Below are positions 16,757 to 22,473 of a DNA stretch of 26,298 bases, piece after piece. The notes under the pieces were generated by a model. That model was not told the origin of the DNA. It ran no database searches and saw only the letters and a program-made list of their open reading frames with translations. Positions within the stretch are counted from its first letter, which is position 1. Each line of letters begins with the position of its first letter. Source of the DNA: a virus; the IMG/VR virus record IMGVR_UViG_3300045988_009838, positions 1 through 26,298 of that record; one strand, written 5' to 3'. Both the position numbers and the translations under genes were made by a program.

Positions 16757-17535
16757 AGCATCATCCTCTTGTCTTGTTGTGTCTTGAATTGATAAACATG
16801 TTCATTCGTCGTTCCAAGCCCTGTCTTTTTGAATACCCTCGAATAGACACGTTTACCATAAGTGCCCATGATGTCCCGTGGGCTTAAGTTAGTTGTGATG
16901 ATAGTCTTAGTACGCTTGTTCAAAATACTGTACAAGATACCGTTGGACCATTCTGTCACTTTTTCAGTCCCCAAATCATCAAGCACTAGCCATTCAGCCT
17001 CCGATATGCGTCTGATATATTCAGCTTCAAGGCTGAAATCTTCTTTGATTTTAGCTAATAGGTCAACCACGTTGATGAATAGCCCCATCTTTTTCGTGTG
17101 ATCAGACAAGGCTTTGAGTGCTGAGTAAGCTAGATGGCTCTTACCCACTCCAGTGTCACCAATCAAAACAATGTTGTAGTCTTGACCGTCAAGATAGCCT
17201 TTGAGTTGACTTCTAACATTCTTCAAGTCTTCTTTCTGCTCTCTGGTTACTGCTTTGTAATTGTCAAAGCTAGCGTTCTTCAAATCATCATCAAGCAGAC
17301 TGAAATCTTTGAGAAAGTACAAGCGTTTCTGCTCTTGCTCACGCTCGTACTGTTTTTGAGCTTTAACAGCATTCAAAATTTCTTGTTCTTCACGATGACA
17401 AGACTCGCAAACCGTGTAAGGGATTGAGTTAGGAAGTTGGATTGTTACGTAATGCCGATTGTGCTTTTCGCAGTATTTATCACTTTGTGTGATATACCGC
17501 TTGCGCATTTGTTTAGCTGTATGCTCTAGTGTCAT
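16753..17535 (-). CDS. DnaC/IstB-like AAA+ helicase loader
   Basis: Walker A GDTGVGKSH, Walker B LVLDDLG, N-terminal Cys4 motif (CEKH...CESCH). Confidence 0.85.
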   Translation of the reverse strand: MTLEHTAKQMRKRYITQSDKYCEKHNRHYVTIQLPNSIPYTVCESCHREEQEILNAVKAQKQYEREQEQKRLYFLKDFSLLDDDLKNASFDNYKAVTREQKEDLKNVRSQLKGYLDGQDYNIVLIGDTGVGKSHLAYSALKALSDHTKKMGLFINVVDLLAKIKEDFSLEAEYIRRISEAEWLVLDDLGTEKVTEWSNGILYSILNKRTKTIITTNLSPRDIMGTYGKRVYSRVFKKTGLGTTNEHVYQFKTQQDKRMML

Positions 17536-17549
17536 AGTTTTTCACTTCC

Positions 17550-18395
17550 TCAATACTTGCTACAAGCTGGACCAAATTTTGGTTTATCGCTGTTTGGTTT
17601 TTTGGACTCAAACTTGTTTTGTTCCTCTTGTTGCTGGACTACTGTTTTTATTCCATTCTGTGCCCAAGATTTCAAGATAGAGTTAACATAGCCAAAAGAG
17701 CGTTTAGAATTATCGGCTGCTTTATCAATGGCTATTTTGATTAAATCTGGTTCCAATCCATCAATAACTTGGTAACCCTCTAGTTGTTGAAGTTGGAATC
17801 CATCTAATAGCCCAATTCTTTCTTGGTAGTGTTCAAAGATATTGAAGTTAGATTTATCAGCAGTAGCAGAAGATAGTTTTCTATTCTCTGCTTCTACTTC
17901 TGTCTTTATATCTAGGTTTAACTCTTGTTTTAACTCTATATCTTCTTCTATCTCTTTCTCTATCTCTGTTGGACACTGGTTGGACATCGGTTGGACATTG
18001 TCCAATTTGGTTGGAATTTGTCCAATTTTGCGATCTTTACGCTTGTATTGTGCCCAATTTGTTTCTTGTTCAAGCAAGGCTTCAGCTTGTGGAAACTTAG
18101 CATTTCCGTCTGTGTCGATTTGGATAAGCCCGCATTTAGTAAAGTAGGCTATCGTCATGCTGACATCGTCCTCGCTAACATCTAGCTTGAGTGCTAACTC
18201 TTGGATTAAGTTATCGAAATAACCTTCATAATACAGAATGCAATCAGTTTCTAAACTCTCAAGCATTAGCCTAATATAGATCACGGTCATTGCGTAGCCA
18301 CCGCTAACACTTTTTAGCCGTTTGATGAATAGATTGTCAAAAAATTTTTTATCGAATTTAAGCCAAAAATAAACTTTAGTTTTTGTTTTAGCCAT
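17550..18395 (-). CDS. Phage replisome organizer with C-terminal DnaD-like domain
   Basis: 281 aa; N-terminus YFWLKFDKKFFDN... is typical of replisome organizers; C-terminus RSFGYVNSILKSWAQNGIKT is DnaD-like; internal DNA repeats (ori). Confidence 0.8.
   Translation of the reverse strand: MAKTKTKVYFWLKFDKKFFDNLFIKRLKSVSGGYAMTVIYIRLMLESLETDCILYYEGYFDNLIQELALKLDVSEDDVSMTIAYFTKCGLIQIDTDGNAKFPQAEALLEQETNWAQYKRKDRKIGQIPTKLDNVQPMSNQCPTEIEKEIEEDIELKQELNLDIKTEVEAENRKLSSATADKSNFNIFEHYQERIGLLDGFQLQQLEGYQVIDGLEPDLIKIAIDKAADNSKRSFGYVNSILKSWAQNGIKTVVQQQEEQNKFESKKPNSDKPKFGPACSKY
17968..18025. repeat. Origin-like repeat cluster inside the replisome organizer gene
   Basis: GTTGGACA at 17968, 17979 and 17990 (direct); palindrome TTGGACA-T-TGTCCAA at 17991-18005; TTGGAATTTGTCCAA at 18011-18025. 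Confidence 0.65.
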
Positions 18396-18420
18396 TTACC
18401 ACCTTTTTAATGCCTACCCT

Positions 18421-18444
18421 CCCACCACTTCAATGTTTAATTAG
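18421..18444. repeat. Left copy of the direct repeat bracketing the LPXTG cassette
   Basis: CCCACC-ac-TTCAATGTTT-a-ATTAG; compare 20274-20307. Confidence 0.5.
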
Positions 18445-18449
18445 TTATC

Positions 18450-20192
18450 TTATTTACCGTTGTATTTCTTGAAACCAAGAGTTAGAGCAGTGATTCCTGC
18501 AGCGATGACTACCAATCCTAAAGTGCTAGCAATTCCTTCTTTCTCACCAGTGTTAGGGAGAACACCGCCGTAAACGGCTGTATTTGGTGTCTCTTTGCTT
18601 GCTGGTGCGAAGTTATAAGATACTGTGGCAGATTGTGCCACTTTTTCTTTAGGCTTGTTAGGTACTTCTTTCGGTGTCACTGGTTTTTCTGGTGTTGGTT
18701 CCACTGGAATATGCAACTCTGGCAAATCAAGGATAGGGGCATCATTCGGAACTACTCCCCCTTCGAATGGTGGCAACTCACGGACTTCTGGAATTCCGGG
18801 AATACCTCCTTGGAATTCAGGTTTGTAATGGATAGGCGCTTCATTTGGCACTGTCCCGCCATTCCATTCTGGTTTATCCAAAACTGGAGCGTCGTTTGGT
18901 ACAGTTCCAATCGGTTCAGTGTACTCAGGCAATTCTCGCACCTCTGGGATTCCGGGGATACCGCCTTTAAATTCCGGTTTTTCGTACTTAGGTGCATCGT
19001 GTGGCACCTCAAAAGTTGGCTCTGGTTTGTTCTCGCCAGAAGCATCCCCACGCCCGCCGACAAGTTGAATCTTCTGATATGAAACAGCACCATCATTTTC
19101 AGCTTTCAATTCAATCTTGTTAGTCGGGTTTGTACTGTCTTTAACAGCATTTACAAGCTTAGTCTTGTAGTACAAGTAAATCATGTGGTCTAGTCTATCC
19201 ATTTTGATTTCAAATCCATGCTCAGATTTTGAGATAGACTTAACTAAGTCCATAGCTGAACCTTTGTCAATCCAAGGGTCTAAACTTTCAATATTTTTCA
19301 CTTCAAAGTAGTTATCAACCAACTTTTGGTTTTCTGACATTTCGTCAATGATTGTTACATAGTTTAGTACACGTTTTGCATAGTTAACTCGTGCTGTCCA
19401 ATTGATCACTGTAGGGTCTTCTTTGTCTTGAAATCCCCATTTAGCGATAAGTTCATCTTTGCCAATTACTTGCTCCGAACCTACATTGACTGTTACCACA
19501 GTGCCGTTAAAGTTGACATTTACTGGCTTGCCAGATACAACTTTATCTGTCCAACTTGCATCTAGTTTTAAGTTCATGATCTTATTCAAAGGGTGTGATT
19601 TGAAATAGTCATTGAATACAGTTGTCACCTTGTTAGTGGTAGCATCCGCTGTAGCTTTACCAACTACAGCTTTATCAGGATTGTGGACGTCAAACTCATA
19701 GGAAGTTTGAAATTTTACTTCTTCAGGTAAGTCAAAAGTAACCTTATCCCCCTCATTTACCGGCACGTCGTCCGGAATTTTAATGTTTTTATACTCAACC
19801 TCGAACGGGCTATACTTTCCATTCGGGAAAGTAACCTCAACGTTTGGGTTTTCAACGTTGAATGTGTCTCCCGTTTTAGTCACTGTAGTAGGTGCCGCTG
19901 GTGTTTCTGCAATCGGTTGAGCTTCGACTGGTGCTGGTGGAGTAAATACTGGTGTTTCCACTGGTGCCACTGTTTCAGACGGTGTCACTGTAATATTCCC
20001 GGCATTGTCAGCGGTATAGACATTAGACACCGCTGGTTGTGTGTCTGCCACTGGTTGAGTGGTTTCGTCTGCTGACACTGCCCCAGCTCCAATCAATAGA
20101 GCTGTAGCTAGTGCCAATGTGCCACAAAGTCCGTAGGCTTTAGTTTTAACGTAGCTAGGTTTTGAAGTTGTTTGAGTGTTGAAAGATTTCAT
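18450..20192 (-). CDS. LPXTG-anchored surface adhesin (MSCRAMM/collagen-binding-like A region, Pro-rich repeats)
   Basis: The track ORF is trimmed to the ATG at 20192 (RBS AAGGAG). Signal peptide MKSFNTQTTSKPSYVKTKAYGLCGTLALATALLIGAGAVSA. TVFNDYF and INWTARVNY motifs resemble adhesin N2/N3 folds. LPNTG at 18546-18560 is followed by a TM segment and a KKYNGK tail. Confidence 0.85.
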   Translation of the reverse strand: MKSFNTQTTSKPSYVKTKAYGLCGTLALATALLIGAGAVSADETTQPVADTQPAVSNVYTADNAGNITVTPSETVAPVETPVFTPPAPVEAQPIAETPAAPTTVTKTGDTFNVENPNVEVTFPNGKYSPFEVEYKNIKIPDDVPVNEGDKVTFDLPEEVKFQTSYEFDVHNPDKAVVGKATADATTNKVTTVFNDYFKSHPLNKIMNLKLDASWTDKVVSGKPVNVNFNGTVVTVNVGSEQVIGKDELIAKWGFQDKEDPTVINWTARVNYAKRVLNYVTIIDEMSENQKLVDNYFEVKNIESLDPWIDKGSAMDLVKSISKSEHGFEIKMDRLDHMIYLYYKTKLVNAVKDSTNPTNKIELKAENDGAVSYQKIQLVGGRGDASGENKPEPTFEVPHDAPKYEKPEFKGGIPGIPEVRELPEYTEPIGTVPNDAPVLDKPEWNGGTVPNEAPIHYKPEFQGGIPGIPEVRELPPFEGGVVPNDAPILDLPELHIPVEPTPEKPVTPKEVPNKPKEKVAQSATVSYNFAPASKETPNTAVYGGVLPNTGEKEGIASTLGLVVIAAGITALTLGFKKYNGK

Positions 20193-20200
20193 GGTATAAT
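20172..20200 (+). promoter_or_regulatory. Near-consensus plus-strand promoter TTGAGT-17-TGgTATAAT inside/abutting the LPXTG start codon
   Basis: -35 at 20172-20177; TG at 20192-20193 (shared with the CATG of the minus-strand start); -10 at 20195-20200. Confidence 0.55.
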
Positions 20201-20223
20201 CTCCTTGTAAATGTTTTTTTCTT

Positions 20224-20250
20224 GCATGGGCCCTAACCCATGCTTTTTTT
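20224..20250 (+). terminator. Plus-strand intrinsic terminator about 20 nt downstream of that promoter
   Basis: GCATGGG-ccctaa-CCCATGC followed by TTTTTTT. In the minus orientation the hairpin is followed by an A-rich tract. Confidence 0.6.
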
Positions 20251-20273
20251 AGTGCTTCAATCCGCACCCATCG

Positions 20274-20307
20274 CCCACCGTTTCATGTTTTTTCAATGTT
20301 TTATTAG
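20274..20307. repeat. Right copy of the direct repeat bracketing the LPXTG cassette
   Basis: CCCACC-gtttcatgtttt-TTCAATGTTT-t-ATTAG. Confidence 0.5.
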
Positions 20308-20415
20308 ACTTATGAATGGGAAAATTAGGAAAAAAGTAATTTAGTAAAGATTTTTTTGGGGAAAAGGCATAAGTTACACTCCACGGTGAGCCGTGGCTAC
20401 GGATTGAAGATGTTG

Positions 20416-20535
20416 CTATTTGATATATTTCTGTTTGAGCCGTTCGCTCTTTTCTTCTGGTGTTTCAATCACATCGAAGAAGTATTCTGGCTCTTTAGTT
20501 TTCTTCTTGAAAAATAGTTTTCTTAGTAGCTTCAT
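20416..20535 (-). CDS. Possible 39-aa early ORF (MKLLRKLFFKKKTKEPEYFFDVIETPEEKSERLKQKYIK)
   Basis: Own translation; the start lies 3 nt after the stop of the upstream micro-ORF. Confidence 0.35.
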   Translation of the reverse strand: MKLLRKLFFKKKTKEPEYFFDVIETPEEKSERLKQKYIK

Positions 20536-20538
20536 GAG

Positions 20539-20682
20539 TTACCCCACTAATTGATCTAATGGCAATCCGTGGTCTGCATTGAAATCTCGTACCTTTTCGT
20601 CAATCATGCGATATGGTCTTACCTCGAAGACTTCTACTTCATTTTGCTTTTTGCTCCAAATCCAATTGATAAGTTTTTTCAT
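20539..20682 (-). CDS. Possible 47-aa early ORF (MKKLINWIWSKKQNEVEVFEVRPYRMIDEKVRDFNADHGLPLDQLVG)
   Basis: Own translation; RBS AGAGGT 8 nt upstream of the ATG at 20682. Confidence 0.45.
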   Translation of the reverse strand: MKKLINWIWSKKQNEVEVFEVRPYRMIDEKVRDFNADHGLPLDQLVG

Positions 20683-20750
20683 GTTTTTTTACCTCTCTTA
20701 TTCTTCTAACTATGATTACTGTATAGTTATCTATTAGTTATTATTACCAG

Positions 20751-20796
20751 TTAGTGCCGTTAGGCTCTAGATTGTTGTCGGTTAGTGCCGTAGGCC
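20751..20796 (+). repeat. Two direct copies of TTAGTGCCGT(T)AGGC
   Basis: Copies at 20751-20765 and 20782-20796; related copies at 20837, 21528 (inverted) and 21649. Confidence 0.6.
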
Positions 20797-20799
20797 ATA

Positions 20800-20846
20800 T
20801 TGTTATATATTAGTACTTGTTATATATTAGTACTTGTTAGTGTCCG
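20800..20846 (+). repeat. Tandem 17-bp repeat TTGTTATATATTAGTAC x2 plus a partial third copy
   Basis: 20800-20816 and 20817-20833 are identical; TTGTTAGTGTCCG follows. Confidence 0.8.
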
Positions 20847-20960
20847 ATTATTCATCGTATGAATTTTCATCGGTTGAATTATTCATCGTATGAATTTTCA
20901 ACTTATGAATTATCATCGTATGAATTAATGGAAATTCCATTTATCGAACTATGAATTTTT
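20847..20960 (+). repeat. Iteron-like array: three copies of TCATCGTATGAATT within a 15-16-bp phased series of (T)ATGAATT
   Basis: 14-mers at 20852, 20883 and 20913; GAATT at 20861, 20876, 20892, 20907, 20922 and 20953. Confidence 0.8.
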
Positions 20961-21275
20961 AAGGCTACCTGTGGATAACTCTGTGGATAACTTTTTATCA
21001 AGGTATTCTATAAACTTGTCTGTCATGGGTATGTCTGATGCACATACAACTATTTCAAAACCTTTTTTATAGCCCTTGCTTTTTCGGAAAACCACGACAT
21101 ACCGTTTGTGTTTTAATTCTTCAAACGCTGAACGGTGTGAGCTTTTCCCATTGGTTGACCTCTTTTCGAGTTCTGACAGATAAACCCGCCAATCGCTTTT
21201 ATTTATCAAGATTTCAGCAAGTAAACCCTTAGCTTGTAAACTCAAGCTGGCGTCTTGCAAAAACTCGTTGTTCAT
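20949..21275 (-). CDS. Small winged-helix DNA-binding protein (RepA_N / DnaD-N-like pattern)
   Basis: 108 aa. LSLQAKGLLAEIL...WRVYLSELEKRS..GKSSHRSAFEELKHKRYV follows the wHTH pattern of Firmicute initiator N-terminal domains. The repeat array starts at its stop codon. Confidence 0.55.
   Translation of the reverse strand: MNNEFLQDASLSLQAKGLLAEILINKSDWRVYLSELEKRSTNGKSSHRSAFEELKHKRYVVVFRKSKGYKKGFEIVVCASDIPMTDKFIEYLDKKLSTELSTGSLKNS
20970..20990 (-). promoter_or_regulatory. Two perfect tandem DnaA boxes (TTATCCACA) 12 bp apart
   Basis: The plus strand has TGTGGATAA at 20970-20978 and 20982-20990, inside the last codons of 20949..21275. Confidence 0.7.
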
Positions 21276-21322
21276 GCATGTATAGTTTTTTTCATCGTTA
21301 GTGAAAGATATACTTCATTCGG

Positions 21323-21463
21323 TTATGCTCCTTTCTGGTAGATGCTTGCCACGATATCGTAGTAGCTATGCCCTGCTGGTATCGTGTACTTAGTTAGATC
21401 ATCAACTCTGGAACCATCTGCCATAATGTTGATTATGACTGGTTCCCATTTCTTTCGTTTCAT
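21323..21463 (-). CDS. Possible 46-aa early ORF (MKRKKWEPVIINIMADGSRVDDLTKYTIPAGHSYYDIVASIYQKGA)
   Basis: Own translation; below the track cut-off; AAGG lies 11 nt upstream of the ATG. Confidence 0.45.
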   Translation of the reverse strand: MKRKKWEPVIINIMADGSRVDDLTKYTIPAGHSYYDIVASIYQKGA

Positions 21464-21471
21464 GATATAAT
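21443..21471 (+). promoter_or_regulatory. Plus-strand extended -10 promoter TTCCCA-17-TGaTATAAT abutting the start codon of 21323..21463
   Basis: TG at 21463-21464 is shared with the CATG of the minus-strand start; -10 at 21466-21471. Confidence 0.45.
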
Positions 21472-21492
21472 TACCTTGATTTCAATATCTTA

Positions 21493-21523
21493 GGGTCTGA
21501 CTCTGGCAGGGGTCAGCCTTTTT
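21493..21523 (+). terminator. Plus-strand intrinsic terminator about 20 nt downstream of that promoter
   Basis: GG(t)CTGAC-tctggcaggg-GTCAGCC followed by TTTTTTG; the opposite orientation has no U-tract. Confidence 0.55.
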
Positions 21524-21527
21524 TGTT

Positions 21528-21663
21528 GCCTTAACGACACTAGAGAACTAGCGAGGACTTCGAATATTTATTTTTAGGAGTTCTTATAAATCAAATCGTC
21601 GCTAATGGTATTGCTTACGCTACAACTGAATTGTTGCCCCGCTAGCTCACTAGTGCCGTTAAG
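21528..21663 (-). ncRNA. Long imperfect helix (28 positions) closing an ~80-nt apical region in the early transcript
   Basis: 21528-21555 pairs with 21636-21663: 24 Watson-Crick pairs, 1 mismatch and 3 positions that are G-U in the minus-sense RNA but A-C in the plus-sense RNA. Confidence 0.5.
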
Positions 21664-21672
21664 GTGACATCC

Positions 21673-22425
21673 TCAATCGTCTTGTTCGATGATTGGCAGG
21701 ATGCCGTTAACTTTTAGCAATTCATACAAGAACAAGCGCCCTTTTTGTGTCCAAGTCGTTGTCATATTGACTTGAGCTTGACCGTTCTTATCCTTGTAAT
21801 CAAATGTCGAACTATCGACATAGCCCTTACCCATGTGTTTCTTATACAAAATCCATTGACTGTTGACCTTGTGTTGAACACCTAGATCATGCAAGGTTGC
21901 ATTGAATTTCTTGGCACTCATGCCGTAATCTGCCGCAATCTGGGTAACACGCACCGCCCCTTTACTTTCTAGAATGATGTCGAAGTAGCGTGCTTGCTCT
22001 TGCGCCAAGGCCAACTCAGCCTCTAGTTTCACCACTTTAGCCCGTTCGTCTTTAAGAGCTTGAAAGGCTGCAATGGCAAGGTCAGGATCATTAAGTAGTT
22101 GTTCTGTAGCATACATGCCATGTTTGCGTATGGTTGGCAAAACCTCTGATGTGACCCAACGTTTAAACTCCTTGGCTTGTGGTAGTTTGCTTGACAAAAT
22201 TAGGGAGTATAAACCAGACTCATTGATGATAATCATCTCTCTGTCTTGACCTGAGGTACCGAAACGGTACTTCAGCTTATCTTCTTCATCTACGTGTCTA
22301 TTGACATCTCGACTACCATTTTGGTACCCCAAAATCCCAGCCACATCCTTACCTACAAAGTAAGGCTCATTGTTAATAGTTACTGTTCGGACATCTTGTC
22401 CGTGGAAGTTGAAAATTTCATTCAT
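21673..22425 (-). CDS. Antirepressor (Bro-N domain plus KilAC/ANT-like C-terminal domain)
   Basis: The track ORF is trimmed to the ATG at 22425 (RBS AAAGAAAGGAAAC). FNFHGQDVRTVTINNEPYFVGKDVAGILGY is a typical Bro-N motif. Confidence 0.8.
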   Translation of the reverse strand: MNEIFNFHGQDVRTVTINNEPYFVGKDVAGILGYQNGSRDVNRHVDEEDKLKYRFGTSGQDREMIIINESGLYSLILSSKLPQAKEFKRWVTSEVLPTIRKHGMYATEQLLNDPDLAIAAFQALKDERAKVVKLEAELALAQEQARYFDIILESKGAVRVTQIAADYGMSAKKFNATLHDLGVQHKVNSQWILYKKHMGKGYVDSSTFDYKDKNGQAQVNMTTTWTQKGRLFLYELLKVNGILPIIEQDD

Positions 22426-22449
22426 AGTGTTTCCTTTCTTTGATATAAT
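22421..22449 (+). promoter_or_regulatory. Plus-strand promoter TTCATA-17-TGaTATAAT for the membrane-protein gene; its -35 contains the antirepressor start codon
   Basis: -35 at 22421-22426 (CAT 22423-22425 is the antirepressor ATG); TG at 22441-22442; -10 at 22444-22449. Confidence 0.55.
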
Positions 22450-22473
22450 AGTTAATAAAAACGAGGTTTTGAC

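Noticed and set aside
18633-19082. Plus-strand 149-aa ORF and other nested or antisense track ORFs (for example 3782..4108, 4478..4684, 7264..7668, 14158..14397, 14258..14623, 15032..15271, 17134..17427, 21038..21232, 23544..23837, 25986..26204)
   Set aside because: They lie entirely inside longer ORFs with clear phage homology patterns, lack RBSs and have low-complexity or Cys/Phe/Leu-rich compositions typical of antisense frames.
20700-20960. CRISPR array
   Set aside because: The repeats are 14-17 bp, partly tandem without unique spacers of regular length. The phased period is about 15 bp and no cas genes are present. This fits iterons or binding-site arrays, not CRISPR.
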